From Candidatus Micrarchaeota archaeon (GTDB taxonomy: Archaea; Micrarchaeota; Micrarchaeia; Norongarragalinales; Norongarragalinaceae): a stretch of DNA of 64,000 bases. The stretch spans positions 39 through 64,038 of the forward strand of contig JBBIMI010000002.1 in the NCBI GenBank assembly GCA_037444485.1. The letters run 5' to 3'. Below, in pieces: positions 1 to 9,553 of the stretch (the first letter of the stretch is position 1; every line of letters starts with the position of its first letter). The notes beneath the pieces were generated by a model. That model was not told the DNA's origin. It searched no databases and saw nothing but the letters and a program-made list of their open reading frames with translations. A program made the position numbers and the translations under genes.

Positions 1-115
1 TTTTCACTCTTTATTTTTTGTTTTTAGTTTTTTTTCATTTTTCATTTTTTTTCGTTTTTTGTTTGTTTTCCGCTTTTTTCTTTTTTCTTTAGAAAGAAAA
101 GCTTTCACGAAAGAA

Positions 116-266
116 CTTCTAGAATGCGACATTTTATGCGCGCTTTGCCGCCGGTTGGTTCTACGAGTGTGTTTCCGCACTTGGCGCAGTTGACGACGCT
201 CTTCGAATCGCCGAAGACAACCGCGTCGGCGCCGCACTCGCATTGAATCCTTAAGAACTTACTCAT
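116..266 (-). CDS. rps27e: 30S ribosomal protein S27e (C4 zinc ribbon)
   Basis: Hand translation of minus strand gives MSKFLRIQCECGADAVVFGDSKSVVNCAKCGNTLVEPTGGKARIKCRILEVLS, which closely matches archaeal S27e (FLRVKC.DCGN...CG.TLVEPTGGK...ILEVL). Below the ORF-track size cutoff. Lies directly downstream of rpl44e, as in other archaea. Confidence 0.6.
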
Positions 267-351
267 TTTAATGCACCTTTATTTTCGTGATTGTTTTCGT
301 GATTGTTTTTCTGGTTGAGCGTGTTAATTCCCCCACTGTTTTTGAAAGCGT

Positions 352-588
352 TTAGTATACTTGAAGCGCGTTTGCTTTTCTTATTCTAGCGCGCACTTTT
401 TCAAGCAATTTTTTCGCGTTTGCTTTTTTCTCCAAGATTATTTCGAGCGCGTGAACCAGTGGTTCTCCGGATTCCGTTGCCCGCATTCTTTTTCCAGCCG
501 GCGTTCGGCTTTGCAGTGATTCTACGTGTTTGACTGCCGCACTTGTTTTTTTCCCGAGAATTTCTATTATTTTCTTCAACGTTTTCAA
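352..588 (-). CDS. hypothetical small basic protein between rpl44e and rps27e
   Basis: 78-aa ORF on the same strand as the flanking r-protein genes. No recognisable motif. Confidence 0.3.
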   Translation of the reverse strand: MKTLKKIIEILGKKTSAAVKHVESLQSRTPAGKRMRATESGEPLVHALEIILEKKANAKKLLEKVRARIRKANALQVY

Positions 589-639
589 ACCTTTTTAGTC
601 TTGTTTTTCTTTTAGTCTCGTTTTTCGAGTTTTTTAGTG

Positions 640-936
640 TTACTTCGCGGTTTCAGCTTTTTTCTTCATGCGCCCGCTCACGACGCGCTCGTGTTTCTTG
701 CCGCAGTTCACGCATTCCAGCATTATCTTGTTTCGAATGCCTTGTTTTTTGACTTTCGCTTTTCCTTTGACTTTACCGTGATAACCCGCGAGCTTGCGTT
801 CGTGCTTGCGCGTTCCCCAAGCGAGAGAGCGGCCTGGCTTGTACTTGCTTGTTGAAACTCGCACCTTGTGCTTCGAGTGTTTTTTGCAGTGCGGGCAGTA
901 CGCGTTTACTTCTTTTGGAACTATCACTTTCAACAT
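640..936 (-). CDS. rpl44e: 50S ribosomal protein L44e (eL42)
   Basis: YCPHCKKHSKHKV...CVNCGKKH C4 zinc-ribbon pattern and Lys-rich composition typical of L44e. Confidence 0.75.
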   Translation of the reverse strand: MLKVIVPKEVNAYCPHCKKHSKHKVRVSTSKYKPGRSLAWGTRKHERKLAGYHGKVKGKAKVKKQGIRNKIMLECVNCGKKHERVVSGRMKKKAETAK

Positions 937-998
937 TCACCTCAAAAAAATGGGGAAAACCAATAAAACAGTTAAAAATAAAAAAAATTTTTTTTCTT

Positions 999-1568
999 TC
1001 AGACGAGTTCGATTGCTTTGCGTTGGTTGAGGAAGTCCGCGAGTTCTTTCCGTAATTCCGCGACTTCGCCTTTCTTGAAGGGACCGTACTGCGCGGAATC
1101 CAGCCATGGAAAGCGCGGCAAGTCAAGCAGGAAACGCGCTTTAACGCTTGAAGGCGAGACGACGGCCTGCTCCGCGCTTTCACCTTCAAGCCCGCGCATT
1201 GGAACAGGAGAATTGGCGTACAGCGCGCCGGCTTCGAATTCTGTAAATAATTTGGTTAAGGAATTATAAAACTCTTTTTCTTCGCGCGCGAGGCCGTCAG
1301 TAGTCACCGTTCCCGCCTTCAAGTCGCGGAATGCCTTAAACAAGATTTTTTGTGCCCGAATGCTCACAACGTTTTTGAATACTTCTTCAAAGTTTTCTGC
1401 TTCGCGCGCGATCGCTGAATCGCTTTGCTCGCCGCGCTCGCGGTGCTCGCGCGCTTGCTTCAAGAAAGCGCGGCACTCGCTAAAGAAATCTTCGCTGACG
1501 CTCGCGAGTTGCGAAGACTGGCGTTCCTGCAGTTGAACGCGCCTCAACGAATCAAACAAGCTAGCCAA
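999..1568 (-). CDS. putative GINS subunit (Gins15/Gins51-like) in operon with primase
   Basis: 189-aa acidic, helical protein immediately downstream of priS on the same strand. gins15-priS linkage is known in Sulfolobus. Sequence similarity was not verified. Confidence 0.3.
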   Translation of the reverse strand: MASLFDSLRRVQLQERQSSQLASVSEDFFSECRAFLKQAREHRERGEQSDSAIAREAENFEEVFKNVVSIRAQKILFKAFRDLKAGTVTTDGLAREEKEFYNSLTKLFTEFEAGALYANSPVPMRGLEGESAEQAVVSPSSVKARFLLDLPRFPWLDSAQYGPFKKGEVAELRKELADFLNQRKAIELV

Positions 1569-1869
1569 CCAATACCCACCATTAAGAATAGCTGAATAAA
1601 TTTAGGAAACGGAGGTTAATAAAAACGAGGGGGAAAGTGGGAAAAAGAAAAAGGATGAAGCAACCGTTTTTCACAATCCGCGTCTTTTCTTGCGTCGCTT
1701 GAACGCCCAAAACGCCAGCGCGAGCAACAGCAAGACGAGCAGCGCGATTAACCAAGGCGAAATTCCGCCCGCCAAGAGAACGCGTCCGAATGCGGTGGGC
1801 GTTTTGAACGCGCTTGCTGCCGCGTGGCTTAAGACAACGTTGTAGAAAGCGTTTTCCTTCAGCCTCGGT

Positions 1870-2994
1870 TCAAGCTAGAACCGCTTTCTTCTTGCAAAGC
1901 AAGAGTAGTGCGAGTCCCTCACACAATTCGTTTTCGCCTTGTTTCACGCTTTGCGTTTCGCCCGCGTACTCGATTTCAAGCGGGGTTTCAGTCTTTATTT
2001 TGATGGTGTTTGTTGAAGTGAATGCGATTGCGTCGCGCAAGGGATTGAATTCAGGCAGTTTGCTTAACGGGATTTTTTTCGCTGAAAGGGCGGAGTCGCC
2101 GTGAAGCGTTCCGGGAATGCGTATGAGGCGCGCTGCGTCGAACGTGACGCTTCTGTCTACCGCGACCGCGTGTGCGGCAATGGCTTGAGGCACGAGTTTA
2201 ACCCAAATTTTTTCGAGTCCCGCGACAGCACTCCAGTTTCCTTCGTCGAGTTTTGCAAGCGCGTTTTCCCGCAAGCTAATAATGCGTTTCGCGGTGTCGG
2301 AGCGGAGCCCAAATTCGCGGAGTTGTTCGAGAGTTGCATTTTCCAAAAATTTTCTGCAATACGCGTATATCTTCTTGCCCCAACCGCGCTCCGCGCCGCT
2401 TGGGCCTCGCATAGCTGAATGTTTTTCAACAACGAGAACTGTTTCTGCGTGCGGTCCTTGAATGCAGTCGAGGAGTTGCTTGCGCGCGTCTTGCGTTAGT
2501 TCTTGCGCTGCCCGTGAGTTTACGTGCACGTGAATGCCTTTCGAACCGCTGAAGTTGACTGAAACCTCGCTCTCCGCGAATCCGAAGTCTCTCTCGAGGA
2601 ATTCTTCAACGAGCCGCAACGCGTCGTTTTTCACGACTTTAAAGCAAAACGCGCAAAAGACTTGGTTGTGCGCGTGTTGTGGAACGCGGGTTGGCGCGTC
2701 AAGATCAAAAACTAAATCCCAGGCGAGCGACTGTTTTTTAGGCATCGGCGTCGCCGCCGGAAACCTGTAGTGCGCGGTAGAGTAACTCGCGTAAAGCGGC
2801 GCTTGCGTTACGAAAAAGTTTTTGAGTTCGCTTTCAGTTGCGAACGCCTTGTGCCTGTAGTCTATCTTGTCTTCCCAACCGAAGCCGAACTCGCGTGACT
2901 CGAAATCAGTTGGTGGTTCGACGCCGGCGCGCGCGTAGTAATCGCCGAACTTTCTCTTAACGAAAGAAAATTCTTTTGATTGAGTGGAAATCAT
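1870..2994 (-). CDS. priS: DNA primase small catalytic subunit PriS
   Basis: WDLVFDLD (catalytic DxD) and SGSKGIHVHV (SGxRGxH) motifs. Start placed at internal MISTQSKEF. Confidence 0.8.
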   Translation of the reverse strand: MISTQSKEFSFVKRKFGDYYARAGVEPPTDFESREFGFGWEDKIDYRHKAFATESELKNFFVTQAPLYASYSTAHYRFPAATPMPKKQSLAWDLVFDLDAPTRVPQHAHNQVFCAFCFKVVKNDALRLVEEFLERDFGFAESEVSVNFSGSKGIHVHVNSRAAQELTQDARKQLLDCIQGPHAETVLVVEKHSAMRGPSGAERGWGKKIYAYCRKFLENATLEQLREFGLRSDTAKRIISLRENALAKLDEGNWSAVAGLEKIWVKLVPQAIAAHAVAVDRSVTFDAARLIRIPGTLHGDSALSAKKIPLSKLPEFNPLRDAIAFTSTNTIKIKTETPLEIEYAGETQSVKQGENELCEGLALLLLCKKKAVLA

Positions 2995-3983
2995 TTTATT
3001 GGCCTCCTTGATTTGAAGCTTGATTTGAAGCCGCTTCCGCCTCGCTTCAAAACACAGTTGGCGCAATACTCGTCTTTCTCAAGCAATCCGCGCTCGCGCA
3101 GCATATTACACGAAAACCCGATGGTCGGATGCTTGTAAACCCAGTCGAGAGTTGCGAGTGCCTCGCGTTGCGTGAACGGCCTAACGCCCCTACAGTTCAA
3201 CGCGTATTCCTTCAATAATTCGACAGCTTGCTCGCGCGGCAAACCGTCTTTCACGCAAGCGATTGATAATGCTACTGCACCGTAATACCTGTGGCCTTCA
3301 GGAACGCCTTTCATTAAAGCGCGAACGCACTCGAGACTCAAGTACTTCGTCTTGAACGCGGGCGTGATTCGCGCCGGCAACGCGTCGCGAAGTTTTTGAG
3401 CAACTTGTTTTACTGCCGGCGGAATGCGTTGAATAGCTTGCCCGCCTACAACAGTAAAGTCTTTCACGCGCGCCTTAATGCCTTCCTTCAACAACAACAA
3501 CAATTCGTCTTGACTCAAGAAAACGCTTCCAGACTCGAAATTAGACGAAACCAATTGTAGTCCAACATCAGGTTTAGAGTACTTCAAAAAATCCAAGAGC
3601 GAAACTACGTACTCGCCTGCATGCTCTTGAAGAGAAGGAAAGAAATCGCGTGCGACTTGCACCAAATCTCCGGAATCGCGTAACAAAGCGACTGCGTTCC
3701 TCGCGCGTTGCTCAGCGTACTTGGCGAGGAGAAAAGCGTCTCCGAAAGCGTAAAGCAGCAAGCGCGCTAACGCGTGCTGGCGGACCGCTTGCCTTGCATC
3801 ATCCGCACTTGCATCTGCATCATCTGCGCCTATTACTTTATTCGTTATGCTTTGCTCGCGCGTCAAAACGCTTTTTATGAATGAAACCGTGTTTTCGAGT
3901 TCTTCTTCTGAAACCGCGGCTTCGTCTAGCGCGTTGCGCGCGCTCGACAAAAACGGGTATTTCGCGAGAAGTTTGTCCGACAT
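2991..3983 (-). CDS. priL: DNA primase large subunit PriL (Fe-S domain)
   Basis: C-terminal Cys cluster GFSCNML...EYCANC typical of the PriL 4Fe-4S domain. Overlaps the priS start by 4 nt, indicating translational coupling. Confidence 0.75.
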   Translation of the reverse strand: MSDKLLAKYPFLSSARNALDEAAVSEEELENTVSFIKSVLTREQSITNKVIGADDADASADDARQAVRQHALARLLLYAFGDAFLLAKYAEQRARNAVALLRDSGDLVQVARDFFPSLQEHAGEYVVSLLDFLKYSKPDVGLQLVSSNFESGSVFLSQDELLLLLKEGIKARVKDFTVVGGQAIQRIPPAVKQVAQKLRDALPARITPAFKTKYLSLECVRALMKGVPEGHRYYGAVALSIACVKDGLPREQAVELLKEYALNCRGVRPFTQREALATLDWVYKHPTIGFSCNMLRERGLLEKDEYCANCVLKRGGSGFKSSFKSRRPIK

Positions 3984-4560
3984 TTTCTTTACCCACAACC
4001 AGAACGCTTTGACCCCTAACAAATCAGACTAAAAAATGAAAGAATTCAAGAAAAAAAGGCTTTGAAAACATTTTGACGAACTATACAAAGTATTTTGGTT
4101 GAAAGCGGTTTTAATGCGTTTGCTTCAGTCAAGTACGACGCCAAAACTTATTAACCTTAAAACCCGGCCTCAAAACCCTGTTTTCCGTTGTTTGGAGATC
4201 TGCGCGCGCTGGAACGCTCTCCCACAACATTCTCGGTTAACAACCAATTTTCAGAATTCAAAATTTTCAGAATTCAAAAGAAACAACACGAACCCAGGCA
4301 TCCAAAAAAAGCGAATACCTGAAAAAACAACACAAAAACAAAACTAAACACAAAAACTAAAGCCCGCTGAAACACAAAAAACAAAAAAAACCAAACACAA
4401 AAATACTCTAAACAAATAAACAAACAGAATTCCAGCAAAAAAAAATTCAAACAAAAAAGTTAAAGAAACAAAAGTTAATGAAACGCGATGACGAGAAAAA
4501 AATTCAAACAAAAAAAACATTAACGAATTATAATGGATTGCTGCACGCGAGTGGTTTACT

Positions 4561-7500
4561 TCAATCCTTCCGCCTTTTCGCGAACAAATAAGACGATACT
4601 GCGGCGAGCAGCAATGCTATCAACAACAACAATTCAAAGAGTAAAACGGCGCTTGACGCTGCCAATCCTATTTTCGCTGAAACAGTCGGAATCGTGAAAT
4701 CGCTTGCCGAGAAGCGTCCGGGCAACAAGTAAGCAAAACTCTTCGACTCTCCTGGCGCGAGCGCGCCAGCAAACCAAACTGCTTTCCCGCCTTCAAACAA
4801 TGCAGGCGCGTTAATAAAGCGAACGCTCGCGAGAAACTCTCGCGGAACGTCGTCGCTCACGCGCACTTCCTCAAGCACGCGCGCGCCCTTGTTCGTCACA
4901 GTCAAGTTCACGAGCGTGTGCAGCGCGCCGTCAACTGCAAACACAGTCAAAACGCGTTTCACTTCAAGCTCGCTCGCAACGCCTGCAACGCACGCTGACT
5001 CGCGTTCTGCGACAGTTGTAGTGGGCCGAGGTGAAGCAACAGGCGGAACGCTGGTGGACGCGACTGTTGCTGCAGGCGAAGCTTCAGGCGAAGGCGAGGG
5101 TGAAGCGCTCGCTGCAGGCGTCGGCGTTCCACCTCCACCGCCGCCGCCTCCTCCGCCGCCTGCGCAGCCTTGCGTTGTGAAAGAGTAAGTTGTGCTAGAG
5201 CCAAGATTTCCGACTTCGTCGAAACCCCAGAGTTTATAGTAGTAAAGAGTGCACGCCGACAATCCTGCGAGCGTGCGTGCGTGGTTAATTGCGAAAGGAT
5301 TTGCGCTTGAATTCGTTCCAAAAACAGTAGTGGAACCGTATTCAACCCAGCTTGTCGCGAGTTCGCTTGCAACCCAAGTTATGGTTGCTAGGTTCGTCAT
5401 CACGTCCGTCGAAGTAACATTGAAAGACGGCGGAGTGCGGTCGATTTTGACGACTCTGTTTGCAGACGAACCCGTGTTTCCGACGCTGTCCGAACAATCT
5501 ACGCGCCACGTCGTGTTTCCTTCAGGCAGCCAAGCGACAGCGAATTGCGTTGCAGTGTTGTTGAACGTGGAAGAATTTGTTTCGTTAAGCGTTCCGTTCA
5601 AGAAAAGCGAGCAATTCATTACTGTAGAAAAAACGTCGGTTGCGGTGAAAGAAAACTGGGTCAGGGTTTCGTTGCTCGCGTAACCGTTTGCTGGAGTGGT
5701 TAACGCGACTTCAGGCGGCGTTGAGTCGATTTTCAGCAAGCGTGTTTCGCTCGTGTTCGACAGCGAGTTCGTCGAGTAGCACGTGATGTTGTAGTAGTAA
5801 TAACCGTCGCTTGCTGTTGAAACATTGAAGTAGAAGGGCGTTGCGTTTACGACGTCGCTCGCGTTTACGGTGCTTGAATCATTGTAGTTGAGTGTCACGT
5901 TTACTAACGGCGTGGTGCTCGAGTTACATATTCCAGTAACGTTCAAGTACTGTTGGTTCGTCCACGAGTCGTTTGCCGGGGTGAGAATCGCGACTGCGTA
6001 AGGCGCTACAGCGCCGCCCAATTGTTGGAGAACTACCGTAACGAGTGAGTCTGCAGTAATCGGGAAAACAACGCTTGACGAGTTATAGCCGGTTTTCGAG
6101 GCGTTAAAATAGTGTGGAGTGTAGTTCGATACGCTCGCGTTGGTTTGAAAATATTCAGTAATGATTTGCCGCGGAATCCAACCAGTAGAGTTTGCAGTCT
6201 CGTTAAGCAAACTCGTTCCGTTAACGTCAGTAATGTTTACTTCAGCGCCTGCAACCACGTCACCAATCGTGTTCACGACCCGCACGCCAACAAACCACTC
6301 GACCGTCAAGTTGCTGTCCGAATCGCTTTCATTAAATACTACGGCACTCTTGTTGAAGCTAGTGTTCAACAACGTTATTGAAGAATTGCCTGTTGGACTA
6401 GAATAATAGAAGTCGCCGAATGCGAAGTCAACCGCGCCAACCGCACTCGAAATCACGTCGTTGGTTGAAGTAAGATTATAAGAGTTTAAATCCAAGTTGA
6501 ACGCGAAACGCTTCGAGTAATTAATCAAGTTGTCGTGAAACACGTTGTTTGACGCATAAACCGTGTACACGCTTACGTTCGCGTCGTGAATAGCGTTGTA
6601 ACTCGCGTTCAAATCGTTTCCCAAAACAAGGATTCCGGTATCTGTGTTTTTGACGGTGTTGTTGAAAACAGTGGAATTTGAAGAGACTTTAACTCCATAC
6701 CCATAATCTTTCTCGTAATAATCGTAAATCAAACAGTTTTTGATGGTGTTGTTAACGCCGAAATCAATACCAATTGCGTAAGAGTATGGCGCAATGCTGC
6801 CGTTCATGACGCTGCCGGCACAGTCAAACAAGTTATTGCTGCTGTTCGTTCCCCACAAGTTAAAACCACCGCCGAACACGGTGTTGTTGTAGAAAACCGA
6901 ATCGTACACGTCCCCGGAAAACGCAAGGCTTCCATTAAAAAAATTGTTTGAAACATTCATTCCCGAAAACGTGTCAGGATATGAAACGGCGAAAATTGCC
7001 GGATATGACGTGTATCCGTAGAAAGTGTTGTTGTAGATTACTGCTTGGTAAAGGTAAGAACCATAAAACTCGATTCCTCTTTGTGTGAAGCTGATGTTGA
7101 AGTTGTTATGGCGGATTGTTAAGTTGCTGTAATTAGAAGAAACACTAATCATATAACTAATTGCATCATTGCCCAAGCGGTGCTTGAAAGTGTTATATTC
7201 TATTATAATGTTTTTCGGCTTGTTCGGCACCGGCGGTTGGTAGTCAAAGTAAATTTCGTAAATGACATCGTCGTTTGGAGGGCATACGCCGTTAAAAGCG
7301 TTGCGCTTGATTAACAAAAAATCCGCATCACCGCTGACGTTAATGCTTGCCGCGCACCCGTGGTCAAACCAATCATCGTGAACCCGCGTATAATTCGTAT
7401 TCATTAATAAAAGGTTTATGTTATTTCCTGAAATGTTTGAGTAACTCACGTTCGTGTTGTTGCTCGAATTTACGAAAACGCCGTAAAACCAGTTCGTAAC

Positions 7501-7836
7501 GTTACAACGGAAAAGCGTGAAGTTGGACGTAGAGTTGACGAAAACACCATAATTTCCGATTGCAGTTCCATTAATCACGCGATTGTCGCAGTCCAGCGTC
7601 ACATTTTGTGCGGTAACATTCATGCAAACATCTAGGTTAGTGTTGATGTCTGCAGTCAAGTTGTACCAAGTGTCAGCTTGGTCTAGAGTAGCGCAATCAC
7701 TAATGTTTAACGCGGTTGCAAGGCTGGCTAGTAAAATCAATAAAAAAAATAGCGCCAAAACCCGAATTCTTCTTCTTCTCGAAAATACCGTGTAATGACA
7801 CCCATTAAAAAAATGAAGAATGCAAATAAAAAGCAT
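4561..7836 (-). CDS. large secreted cell-surface (S-layer-like) glycoprotein: right-handed beta-helix repeats, Ig/FN3-like domains, poly-Gly and Pro/Thr/Ser linker, C-terminal TM anchor
   Basis: N-terminal basic-hydrophobic signal (RRRRIRVLALFFLLILLASLATA). Dozens of N-x-S/T sequons. Repeated NNxFxGY / NxTxxNN beta-helix-like units. An 11-residue Gly run followed by a TPTPAASASPSPSPEASP linker. C-terminal hydrophobic segment plus KRRKD tail. Confidence 0.7.
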   Translation of the reverse strand: MLFICILHFFNGCHYTVFSRRRRIRVLALFFLLILLASLATALNISDCATLDQADTWYNLTADINTNLDVCMNVTAQNVTLDCDNRVINGTAIGNYGVFVNSTSNFTLFRCNVTNWFYGVFVNSSNNTNVSYSNISGNNINLLLMNTNYTRVHDDWFDHGCAASINVSGDADFLLIKRNAFNGVCPPNDDVIYEIYFDYQPPVPNKPKNIIIEYNTFKHRLGNDAISYMISVSSNYSNLTIRHNNFNISFTQRGIEFYGSYLYQAVIYNNTFYGYTSYPAIFAVSYPDTFSGMNVSNNFFNGSLAFSGDVYDSVFYNNTVFGGGFNLWGTNSSNNLFDCAGSVMNGSIAPYSYAIGIDFGVNNTIKNCLIYDYYEKDYGYGVKVSSNSTVFNNTVKNTDTGILVLGNDLNASYNAIHDANVSVYTVYASNNVFHDNLINYSKRFAFNLDLNSYNLTSTNDVISSAVGAVDFAFGDFYYSSPTGNSSITLLNTSFNKSAVVFNESDSDSNLTVEWFVGVRVVNTIGDVVAGAEVNITDVNGTSLLNETANSTGWIPRQIITEYFQTNASVSNYTPHYFNASKTGYNSSSVVFPITADSLVTVVLQQLGGAVAPYAVAILTPANDSWTNQQYLNVTGICNSSTTPLVNVTLNYNDSSTVNASDVVNATPFYFNVSTASDGYYYYNITCYSTNSLSNTSETRLLKIDSTPPEVALTTPANGYASNETLTQFSFTATDVFSTVMNCSLFLNGTLNETNSSTFNNTATQFAVAWLPEGNTTWRVDCSDSVGNTGSSANRVVKIDRTPPSFNVTSTDVMTNLATITWVASELATSWVEYGSTTVFGTNSSANPFAINHARTLAGLSACTLYYYKLWGFDEVGNLGSSTTYSFTTQGCAGGGGGGGGGGGTPTPAASASPSPSPEASPAATVASTSVPPVASPRPTTTVAERESACVAGVASELEVKRVLTVFAVDGALHTLVNLTVTNKGARVLEEVRVSDDVPREFLASVRFINAPALFEGGKAVWFAGALAPGESKSFAYLLPGRFSASDFTIPTVSAKIGLAASSAVLLFELLLLIALLLAAVSSYLFAKRRKD

Positions 7837-7868
7837 TCGAAAAAAAGTTTTTTAATGCTTTAAAAACT

Positions 7869-8744
7869 TTAATGCTTTAAAGACTTCCTGCAATCAATCC
7901 AGAAATCCGCGAGTCGCTTAAAGTTTTCCGCAATCGCCTCGACAGCAGTTCGTTCACTTATTCTTCCAGCAAGCAATCCACGTAATGGCTTGACGAAAAC
8001 CGTGCGGCCGACAGCAAACCCAATCACTCCACGCGTCCGCGCGCCGACTGCAAGCCATTTTTTGACGGTTTTTTCGTTCTCGCCGCGCCCCAAAATAATT
8101 ATTCGCGCGTCTCGACCGCCTGTACGCGCTTGTTCAACTAATGCTTTTGCTTGCGCAAGCGTATTCACGCCTTCAAGTTTCCAGACGCTTGGCGTGATGC
8201 CGTATTCTTGAATGGTTTTAATTGCTTGAAGCACTAGCGTTGGCCGCAAGCGCGACTCGAATCTTTTCTTCCCGAATTTTTTTAATTGTATTGCAGTGGG
8301 GGATACAATTAATTCCAGCAGCAGCTTACGCCGCGTTTTCTTCAAGAAGCCGCTCAACAGCTTCAAACGCTCCAGTTGAACCACATTTGTTTTCTCGAGT
8401 TCCGGCGCGGGGTTGAAGCGTACGAGCGCTTTCACGAAGTCGGGATCGAATTTCTCGACGAGTTTTTCGAAATCATCTTCAAGCTCGAACAGCAGCGTTT
8501 CGCTCTTCTCGACAGGCATTGCGGTTTTTACGCGCAAGCGCTTTGCTTCGCGCAGTATCCGCGCTCCGTACTGCGCGTCCACCAGAATTGCGGCTGAAGC
8601 GCGCGGCACGCCGTGCGCGAGCGCGAATTTAAAGCCGTTAAAGATGATTTGTTTTAAGTGCGGGAGTTTTTTTTCATCGCGAATGCCTAGTTCGCGCAGC
8701 ATGCTTGTACGGTGGTCGAACGGCAGTATGAACAGGCTTTTCAT
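7869..8744 (-). CDS. class I aldolase of the LacD/DeoC (tagatose-bisphosphate aldolase-like, DUF2090-like) family
   Basis: ILPFDHR..., AILVDAQYG and WKLEGV blocks parallel the LacD ALAFDQRG / ILLDPEYG / LKVEVP blocks. Family assignment is by memory only. Confidence 0.4.
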   Translation of the reverse strand: MKSLFILPFDHRTSMLRELGIRDEKKLPHLKQIIFNGFKFALAHGVPRASAAILVDAQYGARILREAKRLRVKTAMPVEKSETLLFELEDDFEKLVEKFDPDFVKALVRFNPAPELEKTNVVQLERLKLLSGFLKKTRRKLLLELIVSPTAIQLKKFGKKRFESRLRPTLVLQAIKTIQEYGITPSVWKLEGVNTLAQAKALVEQARTGGRDARIIILGRGENEKTVKKWLAVGARTRGVIGFAVGRTVFVKPLRGLLAGRISERTAVEAIAENFKRLADFWIDCRKSLKH

Positions 8745-8790
8745 GATTGATGCTTACGCAAGGTTGTAAAAAAAGGTTTTCGCACCGCGC

Positions 8791-9543
8791 TTAAATCGAG
8801 GTTTTGCTGAAGAAATAGCCTGCTACCAGAATCGCAAGCGCGTCGAAGGCGAGAAGCAGTGCGAGCGGCGTGAGCAGGTTGACATAAGAGTTTTGCACCA
8901 GTAGGCTGCGCAGCGCAGTTACGCCCCAGCTTAATGGGTTGACTGAAGCGACGTCGGCAAACCACGCGGGCAGCTTGTCTAGCGGGAACAACGCGTTGGA
9001 GAGGAAGAATAACGGGAAGATGATGAAGTTGACTATCAACTGAAAGCCTTCCACTTCGTTCAACAGCGACGCGATTATTATTCCGACCGCCACGAAGCCC
9101 GTAGCAACCAGAATCATGAAAGCGATTGCAGGCAGCGCGTTCGCGAGCGCGAATGCCGGCAGTCCGAAGAAAAGCAGGCCGATGGCGAGAATCAAAATTC
9201 CTTGAAAGACCGATGCGGTCGCGCCGCCGAGAACGCGTCCGAGCACTATTGAAGTTCTGTTCAAGGGCGCGACTAGCATTTCCTTTAGAAAGCCGAACTC
9301 TCGGTCCCAAATTACTGAAACGCCTGCGAACACCGAGGAAAACAATAGGGTCATGGATATTATTCCGGGAATTATGAACAGCTGGTAGTTCAAGCCGGAA
9401 ACTATCGAGCCGACTCCGAAGCTTAATGCGATTAGAAAGAAAAGCGGCTGTCCCACGCTGCCCAAAATCCTGGGCTTCGAGTTGAAGAAACGCTTGACCT
9501 CCCGCAGCCAAACCGCGTAAACCTTGTTCAAATCGAAAATCAT
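8791..9543 (-). CDS. ABC-2 type transporter permease
   Basis: Six-TM hydrophobic profile. Start chosen at internal MIFDLNKV, 10 nt after the ATPase stop. The longer listed ORF overlaps the ATPase gene. Confidence 0.65.
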   Translation of the reverse strand: MIFDLNKVYAVWLREVKRFFNSKPRILGSVGQPLFFLIALSFGVGSIVSGLNYQLFIIPGIISMTLLFSSVFAGVSVIWDREFGFLKEMLVAPLNRTSIVLGRVLGGATASVFQGILILAIGLLFFGLPAFALANALPAIAFMILVATGFVAVGIIIASLLNEVEGFQLIVNFIIFPLFFLSNALFPLDKLPAWFADVASVNPLSWGVTALRSLLVQNSYVNLLTPLALLLAFDALAILVAGYFFSKTSI

Positions 9544-9553
9544 TTTTCCAACT

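Noticed and set aside
4-243. 79-aa Arg/Lys-rich ORF on the minus strand
   Set aside because: It overlaps the rps27e gene in a different frame. The S27e frame gives a textbook zinc-ribbon match, so this ORF is a spurious shadow.
4889-5683. Several 100-140-aa ORFs, both strands
   Set aside because: They are embedded in or antisense to the 1091-aa surface protein gene. GC-rich Gly/Pro codons create long accidental frames.
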